Shown one piece after another: positions 9,501 through 18,600 of a stretch of 64,000 nucleotides of DNA. This DNA comes from a virus: positions 7,165 through 71,164 of the IMG/VR virus record IMGVR_UViG_3300037189_026210, one strand, 5' to 3'. The position numbers were made by a program, and so were the translations under genes. Each line of letters opens with the position of its first letter. Positions within the stretch are counted from its first letter, which is position 1. The notes under the pieces were generated by a model, which was given only the letters and a program-made list of their open reading frames with translations, made no database searches and was not told where the DNA came from.

Positions 9501-12500
9501 AAAAATCGAAAAATCAAAAGAGTACATAGATAAAGTAAGTGAATTAGACAAGTTAGTGGCCGATAAATCGATTCCAAGAGAAGATGCAAAAATGCAGTTG
9601 AGAGATTTTATTGCTCAACGAATAAGTACTGGAAAAATAGATTTTGATAAATTTTTTGCAAGTTTGCAAAAAAATTTCCAAGAGAATTCAAAAAAAGTTG
9701 GAGTAGATAATTTAGTAAAAAGTTTTATTGCTGAATCATTTTTAATTCCAGCTGAAACTTTGAAAGCTCAAATAAATACGTTTGGTGAGCTTCAAAAAGT
9801 TATTCTCTCATATACTTCTGCGGAGGAAAATAATTTAGCTCTTAAAAAAGAATTATTAACAATAAATGCTCAAGAAAAAGCAAATATTGAAACTCAATTA
9901 AGATTAAAGCAAGAAGAAAGACAAACAAATGAACAATTAGGAAATGCAGCTTTTGAATTTGTAAAAAACATACAAAATACTGCAATAACTAAATTGGGAA
10001 CTTCTTTGCCAGAAAACTACAGTGCAACAAGAACTGCGGCAATGGAAAAATTTGCACAAAATGTATATAATCCGCAAACAACTGACGAGCAAAGGTTAAA
10101 ATTTGCACAAGATGAAGTCAAAGCGATAAAATCTTCAGTTGACGCAAGTCAAGAAGTAAGTGCTGAAAAGCAACAATATTTAAATTATTTAGACCATGAA
10201 GTTAGACAGTTAGAATTTTCACAAAAACTTACTCGCAGTCAACAAGCCGCAAGAAGAGATATAATTCTAATAGAAAATCAAAGATTAGCAATTGCAACAA
10301 AAGACAATTTTATAGAAACAACTATAAGAGAATCTTTAACTGCAAAATTAAGCATAAATCAAAAATTATTAGATCAAGATAGGCAAAGGTTGGATATAGT
10401 TAGAAAAATAAGCGACATTCAATACGAAACAAAAACCTTGGCAACGCCAAATCAAGATCCTTCTGTAAAAGAAAGATTGGATCTAGAAAGATCATTGGCT
10501 ACAAGTGGGCCAAGACAAATGGAAGATTATCAGATCCAAAGGCAGTCAGCATTATTGGCTGATAGATTAAATGCATTAAATATTGCCTTTCAAAGAGGAG
10601 CAAACGCAAACGATGTTCAAAAAATAACAGAAGCCCAAGATTATCAATCTCTAGAACAGGCGCTTCAAACAGTTCTTAATAAGGAAGCGCAAAGCATAAA
10701 TGATAGAGTCATTAAAGCTGGAGACGCATTTTTTATTAAAGCGCAAGAAGCAGGAAGGGCAGTTGGAGAAGAAATATTTAAAATACTAAATTCGGTTTCT
10801 GAATCAGATATTCAAACTCAAATTAAGATTGCAAGAGGATTTGAATCATCAAATGATTATTTTGATCAAATAGAGCGTTCTAGCGCTGTTACACCAGCAG
10901 CGCGAATTGCCGCTAGTAGGGTTTTTGGAGATAAATTGCCAACTGATCCCAGAACTGAATCTGGACTTCCTGCTTCCCCTGCTACTGCACGAAATGTACT
11001 TCTTGGTGGAACTCCTGTTCAAAATCCTAAAGATTTAATTAATGCTCAAGCGGAACAAACAATTAAACAATTAATTTTTGCACAAGAAAAAAGAGCATTA
11101 GATATAAAGTTGCAACTAACAACTGCTGAAATCGCAAACGCTCAGAAAGCAATTGATCTTAGAAAAGAAGAAAGAGATTGGCAGCAAAAATTAAGAGATT
11201 CTGCATTTGAATTTTATCAAACACAGTTGAGTCCATATCAATCTGAAAAAGCAGCCGCATATAGAAACATTGAAGAAGAAAAAACAAGAGGATTGCAGGA
11301 AAATACTGACAGAATGCAAGAAACATCGTTACGCAATAGGCAAGCTGGACTTAACACTTTGATGTCCAAGGGCGCGTCTTCTTCTGAAATAAATAGCTAT
11401 TTAACTGGAGAGAAAAAAGGTGGAGATATATTAAAAACAATTGAAGATAGAAATATTGACAAAATGTATGGATTGGAAAAAGATCCATTTGCAGAACAAG
11501 TGGTAGAGGCGGCAAAAGAATTTAAACAAATCATATTGGGTGCTGGGGCAGCATTCGTTGCAGGAAAAAAAGTTAAGCAAAATAATTTTACTAATGGAAG
11601 TTTGATCACAGACGATTTAGGCTTTAGCACAAAGCCAGAAAGTGAAAAAGCGCTTTCACCTCCAATTGATGGCGCAGTAAGCAACTTAAGAAATGAAGAA
11701 TTAAAAGCTTCACTAAATAAAGCTAAACTAAATACTTATAGAGAAAATTTAGCTGCGGTATCTCCAGAAGTTGAAAGGATAAAAAGTATACCTGGACCAG
11801 TACCAATAAGTTCAGAAGAACAAGCCACATTGGACTACGCTGAAGATTTAAAAAAATCAATAGAAGATCTTACTTCCGCTTTAAAAGAAAAAGCTCAACA
11901 AGAAAAAGATAAAAACACTTCAAACAACAACAGATTAATATTTGAAGCGGGTCAATCACCAATAACAGACAGATCGGGGCAGGTTACGCAGGTAGCTTCA
12001 AATAGAACAAAGACAGCTAATGAAAGATTTGCACAAGAAGAGCAATTCGGAAAAGGGTTTCGCGTTGGATTAAGAGATATAGATGACGAAATTACTAAAT
12101 TCCAAGCAAAACTTGGAAAACAAATTCCAACAGATTTTAGAAATGGATTAGTTGATGCAATGAAAGCATTATCAGATCCTAATGCTACAACTTCATTAAG
12201 GGAAAGATTATTGGGAGTTGCCGCATCATTTCTCAATAAAATCAATGATGCATTGATGAAAAATACCGCAGATAAAATTACTTCTGGAATAGGTTCTGGA
12301 ATAGGTAGTATGTTCAATTTCGCTTCTGGAGGTCCAATTAAGGGAGGCTCTGGGATTAAGGATGACGTTCCAGCAATGCTGATGGGTGGTGAATACGTTA
12401 TTAAAAAGAATGTTGTCAATAAATATGGAAAAGATTTTTTTGATCAGATAAATTCTGGAAAAATGAAAGGTTTTGCAAGTGGCGGATTAGTTGGATTTCA

Positions 12501-13860
12501 AGAGGCGAACATTAAAGATACCGTAGTAAACGCAAAAAATTATATACCATTTGGTCAAACTAGAGTTGGCGATCTTTCATTCGACGAAAGTGGAAAAGTC
12601 ATTGGACTATCAAGTTATACTGGTAAAGAGGAAAATAAAGCTGACGCATTAGCAAAAGCTCAAACATCTTATTACGAAAAAAATGCTCAAAGTGGAGAAG
12701 GTGGATTTTTTATACCTGGAACATACGGACAAGGGGCAATAATGGGCCAAAGAGACTTACTTGCATACGCAACACAACAAACAGTTGGAACGCAATTTGA
12801 TAAAATATCAAGCGGAAGAGATGGCGCTTCAGTAAATCTTGCGGCTGGAAGTAGAAATTTATCTTTGTTCGGTTTAAGAAACCAAGACAATCCAATGACT
12901 GCCGATTATCTTGAATCGAAAAATAAAGCCAAGGATCTTTATTTTGGAGGCGTTGAAGCTCAAAAACAAAAATTTTCAATAGAAGAAGAAGCTAGAAAAA
13001 GAATTGAAGAATATAAAGCTCAAATGGAAAAGGAAAAAAAAGCAGCCGAAAAAGCTTTTAGAAAATCAATTTTAACTAGCATAATTACTTCTGTTGCGAT
13101 GGCTGGACTTTCTAAGATTGGCGATTCAATGGCTAGTGGTTGGGCTGCAACAGAAAATGCATCGCTAGCTTCTACTGGACAGAGCGCTTCTTTTGGAGAT
13201 AAATTTTCTGGAATGTTTTCTGGCGGAATGGGCGCAGATGGAATGTCGTATGGTGGACTTTCAAATATATTCAATCAAAGAGGTTCAATGGATTTAAGTG
13301 TTATTGCTGGAGGTGGAAATGCGTATCAAATGAATCCATTAACAAAAAATTACGAATGGATCTCTAATGAAAAATACAATACAATGTTTCCAAGAGGAGC
13401 TAGTTATGGATCTTCTCCAAATGTCAATTGGGGCACTGGTGTCAATGGAATGAAGATGTACACCCCAATGCGTAGGGCAGCTGGTGGTTATGTTGCTGGA
13501 AATGGAATGGGTGACAATGTGCCCGCAATGCTTAATGGTGGTGAATTTGTGGTGTCTAAACAAGCTGCAGAAAAAATTGGATATGGAAATTTGCAAAATT
13601 TAAATTCAAGCCAAAAACCAACAACCGATTCAAGTGAATTAATAAGTAGATTGGAAGGGAAATTGGAAGAAATTTTTGATAAAGTTTCTGGAGTTGGAAC
13701 AATTAATATTTCGGTAAGTTCAGATGGTAAAGGAAAAAATCAAGATTCGGAAACCAATTCTAACGAAGAAGAAAAAAATAGACAAATGGCAAGAAAAATC
13801 AAAGAAGTTGTAATGAATGTTTTGAAAGATGAAAAAAGATTAGGAGGCATGTTAAGGTAA
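3595..13860 (+). CDS. tail tape measure protein with internal cassette array
   Basis: 3421 aa; N-terminal TP901-type TMP core (EFARQG, VVNKLAAVDTKFAVSSRDLIEGISRSASVAQEAGVSFDE, GGAVIGNALKTIFQR); long helical regions; C-terminal FASGG...DDVPAMLMGGEYVI motifs. Confidence 0.92.
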   Translation: MAEDIRLSVGADTTQMESQIANAARKATVVIRPTIDSKGLEKISAPLGRITGQADEFSKSMEAANARVLAFGASVGVLNAVAKSFQNIVTASTQVEASLKEIQVATGETSGNLEKLGKGIFEVARSTGLSFKQASEATLEFARQGGTLEDSLMKAKAALVLTRTTGLDAAEAVKGLTAAVLSFNQVGLDYETVVNKLAAVDTKFAVSSRDLIEGISRSASVAQEAGVSFDELTALITTLQEKTARGGAVIGNALKTIFQRVQTTENLDYIRNLGIAVNDVSGDILPATTIIKKLADEFQNLDSATRKGLLIKIGGGFQIDKLAALLNDISNANGTFNRSLEQSSNAGNQGFKKLDELNKTVQASFDRLTTSGTQFAATIGKVAFSDDFRSILNKTSSFLESLNESISGGEEGGATIGKAIIKGVGAVITGPGALLIAGLGIKLFGDLAKFGVDSLKNQLGVTNVKKEQQDIEKSILGLLLQNTAVQSKIVSLEGNKTAQAEYLLGLYSKQAATLEKMSKLSKDIGPSVYQGGIRLTEEGTKNVKSKTAAGGYMSKDAARKMEMQEAPAGASIREISNFNFGPTEGRGTMIVNSMESVHKTPMGDFVIPSYSKTRTGKPTLFSASGYVPNFAEEKQKENLLKNLNIDGGAYSFAGLTIGGTGSKAVRAKEVTPQVLSQIKDPVLSEALSKYSKLNFSNVNVGNIYRRRDENLDSLEASEQDIKNHFVKKANDALSPQIGTFIKDELSSLGIKPTATMQLMMNRGKKFDLVNDSMAGTFFETMLKMANMSAEDENFGQFFNDSNSRFDIYGLKPDIAEQYGLPKKFWEYVEIKSSEKALNDELGTKFIQQLSQSGGESLKSKFLAQAKTGAGGYVPNFAKEKISALKKGGKGGGNLGFYYDDGAKESDDYLESGNVTIKRKKNNKNAIAYRSDAKELINDARKIGSYSNIKNTYGSYLSPKFEYDKILDPNTKESSLGGLISNLQGAIAEKEFKDQFAAYVKVEDFNAGIDFHDSNKKRLVEIKARRAALGQKEANNKVLAFLGSEEKGQRKNNQSENLDSLLKDIDFTVYESNYDLKTAAKGYVPNFAGTTNFEGSASRYGYKIGQVYNKGEEAIKATFNNPTTAFSGTVTGKESYGRKYGVTVDEKGIIASILGNNTFVAGKDQRRVLESLATRLSSQGAMVKGSGFNIAGLQGGRLATNPDQVITANIKGKFKKIDYEKLDKIFPRFWKSKGLGDVWEKTKLAATYKASPTSYSEIIKDRPDLQETLSSSSLLRQNNTLLRDAAVEAVLKRDPSVAGFLVDIANSGDEAFLKQQGYGGAGIKYAMPFSGKPFSDIENKAVKEEEYKLRKEYQQKGVFYGDFLAEKEKYLKFGKNWKYASGRKFLQPDGAKTAAKGYVPNFASGDVDGDGIVTRNDPFIKKLMDSAKKFSPVGKELANNIIGNLLNLPEGIDVFEIIEKLKFAMKAQEPFSELNRIKEQAEFARKYPKKAARIKEYLEAEEARKRNRTAAKGYIPNFSREAILDAIGREQNESGLPLSAIKVVQDSRVRGPRNPNGYAVINNRDEPDGRVPNFAVPSGDLDPTAAIEESLKGLKNSSLSLNDAFKRIAENLNVSGEKVAQVFDKMNLSGSDVTSTNQTAAANSAQNTKQETKEAQNKKTTNEKQNKTVQDSLYTLIKWQSAVSLASGVISSFGENGKVAAEVLTELSSIGLLFTQGKEVLEGFTKDRSSGAGKALRLGGAGRDGAASLSSSLSIAGNFGRVANTAGVGVGGAIGGIAAGLAGPAAAIYATYKIIDMGNTIYKKYGETADRTADALGRLNDIQKTYTLNLTEEQKAKSESFVKRVGTFEAATAFDRAFNFQNLNPLDKTTQTKNALQSLGLEGSVNTGILSGLTQIVQPEAEREFTTERKKGNKQITQTKIIDRMVAEKINQIAEESKTNFTNSKELEDYRRNPKTAAFDIVSLINPQLEKIEKSKEYIDKVSELDKLVADKSIPREDAKMQLRDFIAQRISTGKIDFDKFFASLQKNFQENSKKVGVDNLVKSFIAESFLIPAETLKAQINTFGELQKVILSYTSAEENNLALKKELLTINAQEKANIETQLRLKQEERQTNEQLGNAAFEFVKNIQNTAITKLGTSLPENYSATRTAAMEKFAQNVYNPQTTDEQRLKFAQDEVKAIKSSVDASQEVSAEKQQYLNYLDHEVRQLEFSQKLTRSQQAARRDIILIENQRLAIATKDNFIETTIRESLTAKLSINQKLLDQDRQRLDIVRKISDIQYETKTLATPNQDPSVKERLDLERSLATSGPRQMEDYQIQRQSALLADRLNALNIAFQRGANANDVQKITEAQDYQSLEQALQTVLNKEAQSINDRVIKAGDAFFIKAQEAGRAVGEEIFKILNSVSESDIQTQIKIARGFESSNDYFDQIERSSAVTPAARIAASRVFGDKLPTDPRTESGLPASPATARNVLLGGTPVQNPKDLINAQAEQTIKQLIFAQEKRALDIKLQLTTAEIANAQKAIDLRKEERDWQQKLRDSAFEFYQTQLSPYQSEKAAAYRNIEEEKTRGLQENTDRMQETSLRNRQAGLNTLMSKGASSSEINSYLTGEKKGGDILKTIEDRNIDKMYGLEKDPFAEQVVEAAKEFKQIILGAGAAFVAGKKVKQNNFTNGSLITDDLGFSTKPESEKALSPPIDGAVSNLRNEELKASLNKAKLNTYRENLAAVSPEVERIKSIPGPVPISSEEQATLDYAEDLKKSIEDLTSALKEKAQQEKDKNTSNNNRLIFEAGQSPITDRSGQVTQVASNRTKTANERFAQEEQFGKGFRVGLRDIDDEITKFQAKLGKQIPTDFRNGLVDAMKALSDPNATTSLRERLLGVAASFLNKINDALMKNTADKITSGIGSGIGSMFNFASGGPIKGGSGIKDDVPAMLMGGEYVIKKNVVNKYGKDFFDQINSGKMKGFASGGLVGFQEANIKDTVVNAKNYIPFGQTRVGDLSFDESGKVIGLSSYTGKEENKADALAKAQTSYYEKNAQSGEGGFFIPGTYGQGAIMGQRDLLAYATQQTVGTQFDKISSGRDGASVNLAAGSRNLSLFGLRNQDNPMTADYLESKNKAKDLYFGGVEAQKQKFSIEEEARKRIEEYKAQMEKEKKAAEKAFRKSILTSIITSVAMAGLSKIGDSMASGWAATENASLASTGQSASFGDKFSGMFSGGMGADGMSYGGLSNIFNQRGSMDLSVIAGGGNAYQMNPLTKNYEWISNEKYNTMFPRGASYGSSPNVNWGTGVNGMKMYTPMRRAAGGYVAGNGMGDNVPAMLNGGEFVVSKQAAEKIGYGNLQNLNSSQKPTTDSSELISRLEGKLEEIFDKVSGVGTINISVSSDGKGKNQDSETNSNEEEKNRQMARKIKEVVMNVLKDEKRLGGMLR
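5233..8316 (+). repeat. dispersed in-frame repeats encoding xAxGY(V/I)PNF(A/S) within TMP
   Basis: copies at ~5233 (TAAGGY, partial), 5458, 6193, 6823, 7768, 8116, 8296 (GRVPNFA, partial). Confidence 0.9.
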
Positions 13861-13861
13861 T

Positions 13862-14689
13862 ATGATTGATCCTTCAAAATATAAAGTTTATTATTTAAGT
13901 GGAAATGTTAATAAAAAATTAATAGAACTTGATGGAATAAATAATTTATCTGTAAATAAAAATATTTCATTTGAACCTTCTTTTTCACTAGGGGGAATTC
14001 AGTCCTCAAGCTCAATAAATGCCCCGCAAGAAATTGAATTAACATTTGATAGAACTTATACGCAAAAAGATCCATTGATTAATTTTACTGGAAATAATTT
14101 TATTGAAGAATTTTTTATTTTAAATGGAACTCAATATTATCGATTAATGAATTTGTATTTGAAGAATTATTCTGTTGGCTTTTCTGTTGGAGAAATACCA
14201 AAAATTAATGTTTCGTTTGTTTCTTTTGGTGAAGATGTTAATTTGATGGATCAAGTCCCATACTCTGATTTTTATCAGCTTAAATCTGAATTAGATATAC
14301 CGAAACTTGGTTCTATATTTGTCAGTGGAATAAATAATAATAATACATTTAAAGAAAACTTTAATATTTTTTCATTTGATTATTCTATAAATATAAATAG
14401 ACAACCATACTATACGGTAGGAAGTTTAAAACCTACTGAAGTATCTCCAGTTTTACCACTGGAAATTTCCACATCAATTAATTCAAAATTACCAAATTCT
14501 TCAAAAAATGCCGAAATGGCAAAGGATATATATTTAAATTATACTAATTTTGATATTATTATATCTGGAACAAGATCTATGTTTTCCCTTCCTTTTAGGA
14601 ATGGAAAATTAATTAACACTTCTATTCAATTAGCAAGTCAAAATACCATAGAGGTAAAAAATAACTATTTAGGATATTATGGCTTATAG
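13862..14689 (+). CDS. tail tube-like minor tail protein
   Basis: YLKNYSVGFSVGEIPKINVSF and IFSFDYSININRQPYYTVG align by eye with tube motifs YLSNYTFNASVGNLPTASVTI and IQSVSIALPLSRTPIERLG. Confidence 0.6.
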   Translation: MIDPSKYKVYYLSGNVNKKLIELDGINNLSVNKNISFEPSFSLGGIQSSSSINAPQEIELTFDRTYTQKDPLINFTGNNFIEEFFILNGTQYYRLMNLYLKNYSVGFSVGEIPKINVSFVSFGEDVNLMDQVPYSDFYQLKSELDIPKLGSIFVSGINNNNTFKENFNIFSFDYSININRQPYYTVGSLKPTEVSPVLPLEISTSINSKLPNSSKNAEMAKDIYLNYTNFDIIISGTRSMFSLPFRNGKLINTSIQLASQNTIEVKNNYLGYYGL

Positions 14690-15698
14690 AAATGATTTTT
14701 TTTACAATAGAGATTCTTCAGTAGACAGTAAGTATTCTTATGTAGCTGACTTATCTATCTATAAACCCATATATGGATCTTCCGTTGAATTTATTTCAAG
14801 ATTAAATTTTTTAGAAACCGTAGATAATAGTTTAAAAATACTACCTTCTTCAGAAAATAATCTGACAGCAAAATATAATTTTATTTTTTTATTAAATGAT
14901 AGCTTGCTTGGAAATTTATTGAAAACAATAGAAGTTGCTGGTGGATATAGATATTTAAAATTCATAGATCCATCTGGAATATACAAAGATATAGTTGGTC
15001 TTGTTGAAGATTATTCAATATCAAAAACAACAAGCAGCTTAAATGAATTGCGAATTACTGTGTCTTCATACATTAAAAGTCCTATTTTTACTTGGAGGAC
15101 TAGTTCTTTTTTTAATGTAACAAACTCAAATACCACGATAGCAAATAAAGCGTATAAAAAATATGAATTTATTTATGCAGAACCATCATTTATAAAAACT
15201 TCTTCGGGTCCAGATTTATATGATAGTGGAAATAAAATGGATCATTTTTGGTTTGCTACTCAAGATTTTACTATGGACGGTTCTAAATATGCTCAATGGA
15301 AAACATTTTGGACAAAAAATTTTATATACGAAACGAAAATGCCATTTAATTTAGAAAACAAATTTGATGTTCATCAGCTTGAATACAAAAATTCTTTCAT
15401 ACAAAATATAAAACATAAAGATAATTCAAACTCCTTGAAGAAATTTGATGTAAAATTTGAAAATATAGACGATTTCACATGTAAATCTATTTTATTTTTT
15501 TTAGAAAAAAAATGCGGATATAGAAGGTTTATTTATAAATTTCCTATATTTTTAAATACTAATAAAGTATTTATTTGCACTAGATGGAATCACGTTTTTA
15601 AATATAAAGACTCAAATGATATCAGTGCAACATTTACAGAAGATCCAAATCCAAATGTTATAATAGATACGGCTGATAATTATTATTATTTAGTATAA
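14679..15698 (+). CDS. minor/distal tail protein (lambda gpM-like)
   Basis: C-terminal FDVKFENIDD...ILFFLEKKCGYRRFIYKFP...FICTRWNHVF...ISATFTED pattern; position after TMP. Confidence 0.65.
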   Translation: MAYRNDFFYNRDSSVDSKYSYVADLSIYKPIYGSSVEFISRLNFLETVDNSLKILPSSENNLTAKYNFIFLLNDSLLGNLLKTIEVAGGYRYLKFIDPSGIYKDIVGLVEDYSISKTTSSLNELRITVSSYIKSPIFTWRTSSFFNVTNSNTTIANKAYKKYEFIYAEPSFIKTSSGPDLYDSGNKMDHFWFATQDFTMDGSKYAQWKTFWTKNFIYETKMPFNLENKFDVHQLEYKNSFIQNIKHKDNSNSLKKFDVKFENIDDFTCKSILFFLEKKCGYRRFIYKFPIFLNTNKVFICTRWNHVFKYKDSNDISATFTEDPNPNVIIDTADNYYYLV

Positions 15699-15699
15699 T

Positions 15700-18600
15700 A
15701 TGGCAGAACCATTTCACAAATTAAATATAGATTGGGATTTTGATGAAGAAAGCAAAAGTCTTTTATTTAATCCAGTTGTAAAAAGCACTGGAAATGATTT
15801 ATTTTTTTCGTTTTGCGATTCAATGAAATCATTCTATGAGGTTTCTGGATGCTCATATTTCAATATCTATGTAAACGAAATTTATCAAAACAATCCAATA
15901 TTTATAAATGGTGTTACAAAGCCATTTATTTACATTAAAAATATTGGCTCTAGTGACGCAATTTTTATTGCCTCCAACTCTGGATTGAGTGGGGATTTTT
16001 TTAACTATAATAATTCAAAAATTTCTGGAATAGTTAACTCTAGTTGTTGCAATTATATAATTTCCCCAAATCAATCTTTTGTTTTAACTATTCATGGAAA
16101 CGTGGATGGGTCTAATTATTTTTCAAGTGGGTATTATCCATTTGGATTCTATTATAATTTTAACAACATAACTGGAATAAATTTAAATTCAGAATTTCCA
16201 GCTTGCACTTTTAATTCAAAAAATATATTCTTGTACGAAGAACTTAGCGGTGTTAATTACAACTTTATTGACACTGGTAGTTGCAATTTAAATATTGAAA
16301 ATTGTTTAAATTTATCTTTTGATAAACCAATTTCAGGAAGTGGAGAAAGTTTATTTTTAAAAAATAATTCATATTTACTTTCAGAATGTTCAAATTTATT
16401 TAATGCTTCTTGCGAATGTTTTACTTTTGAAACTTGGTTTAAGGCTAAAAATAATTTTAGTCAAAATTGTATTGATGTAGCTGGACTTTTTGATTTGCAT
16501 TATTTAAATTTATTATCAATAGATAAATTCGGATCATTATCCGCTGGTACTTGTAGCGTTTCTGGAAAAAATGGCTACTGCTATTATAGCAATCAAAACT
16601 TTATTTGTTTTGGATTTGAAGCTGGAGGTGTTATTTCTACTGGTCAACTAGACGGAAAATTTTCATTAGATTCTTCTGAGTTTACTATTGAATTTTTTAC
16701 TCAATTAAGATCTTCGCCTTCTCCAGATAATCATTCATTAATTTCAATGAGTGGATTAGAGTTAAACTTGTATTCAAACAATCCATCTTGGCCTAGTTTT
16801 TTGATTGGTGATAATTGTTACTATTTTACAAGCTGCGAAATTGCCAATCATATTGGGATTGGCTCTGATTTTAAACATATAGCAATTTCAAAATATTCTG
16901 ATTGTATTAAAATTTTTGTTGACGGCTGCACAATTTTTCAAACTGGATATACTGGAATCTTAAATTTTACTGGAGATTATTTAAACCTAGGTTCTAGCGC
17001 AAGCTCTTGTTGGCTTGCTGGCTCGATATCTAATTTTAGAATAATTAAAAATAAAGGATTATATAAAAAAGATTTTTTTAATTGCAAAGTGACTATGCCT
17101 TTGGGCGGTTATTTTTGTGGAGTATTTGGAGGCAATTGTTATATAGATAATGTTTTTTATCAAGAAGCTGGCGCATTTCCAACTGGCGAGGTAATTGGTT
17201 ATTCTGGAGTTGCATTTTTTAGAAATTGTAGTTTAGATAATTTATTTTTAAATACTGGAAATTGGTTCAATGAATTAGATCTACCTATTTGTCAAATTCC
17301 AACTGGAAATTATTCCTGCATATACATATGCAATGAAACTGTACGCTCTTATGCACCCCTTTGTTTTCAAAATTTATTTTTGATAAATTCTTGTTTTTGT
17401 AATCTTGCTAATTTTAGTTATGGCAACATACTTGCAATTGGAAATTCTGAAATAGAAAGAGTCGATAATTGTGGAGATGTAACACTTTGCGATAATTCTT
17501 GTATATCACTATCTAACATCTGGGGATATTCTTTAAATATTTATCAAGATAGTGTAGCTAATAGCAATAATTGTTTAGCTGGCGAAGCTAAATTAATTGC
17601 TAGTGGATTTTCTGGAAGTAGATTTCAGTTATATTGCGGATCGTACCAGTATGTTTGCTACATTAATGGTAATGGAGGTGTCGCATGCTGTTTCGCGGAA
17701 AGATATAATTTTATAAAATTAAATAACAACGAATGCGTTGCATTTTTAGGGTTGACTGGTAGTAATTATGATTCTGGATTTCGTCAAGGGATAACTGGAG
17801 TACTGAATCCCAATGCTAATATATTTGAACCAATTGCAAGCCCAGTATTTACAGAATTTGATATTTTTAATTTTATTTCTGAAACTGGCTTAGTTAAAAA
17901 TAACGAATGGAATCATTATGCCTTAACTGTTTCTGGCTTAAGTGGAAATATGTATTTAAATGGCTGCAAAGTTTTAGGGCCATGCGAAATATACAAAACT
18001 CCAATAATGAATGATTCTAGATTTATTTTAAATTGTTCTGTTTATTACAATACTGAAGAAGAGTATTTTTATGGTTTAGTGAATAATTTAAAATATATAA
18101 AAGATTGCATTTTATACACAGGTAATTTTTTAATCAATAGTTGTTTTACAACTGGAGATTTTTTTGCACCAATAACTTTTACTTGCGAAAATTATTCGGA
18201 TTTATTTATTAAATCTAATAGTTTTGATTCATTTGTTGATAATTGTGCAAATTTAAAAATTAAAACTTCTGGAGTAAATGAAATCATAGAAAGTGGATTA
18301 TCTTTATTTTCTTCATACGGTTGTAATTGTTTTCACTCTAATATAAAAATTAATAAAATATTACTTTACTTAAATAATGAACTTCAGTGTTCTTATGAGC
18401 AGCAATTTCCATCAAACTTGGTTGAAACTGTTATAAATTCAAATTTAAATTATAAAATAGTATACTATCCAGAATTTATTTGTAATAAAGTATATAATTT
18501 TAAATATTTGAGATCTGGCACTGAAGGTGATTCTTGCCAATCAATATGCAAAAATAATTTAAATGAGATCAATTTAAATTTATCCGTTAATTGCTTGAAT

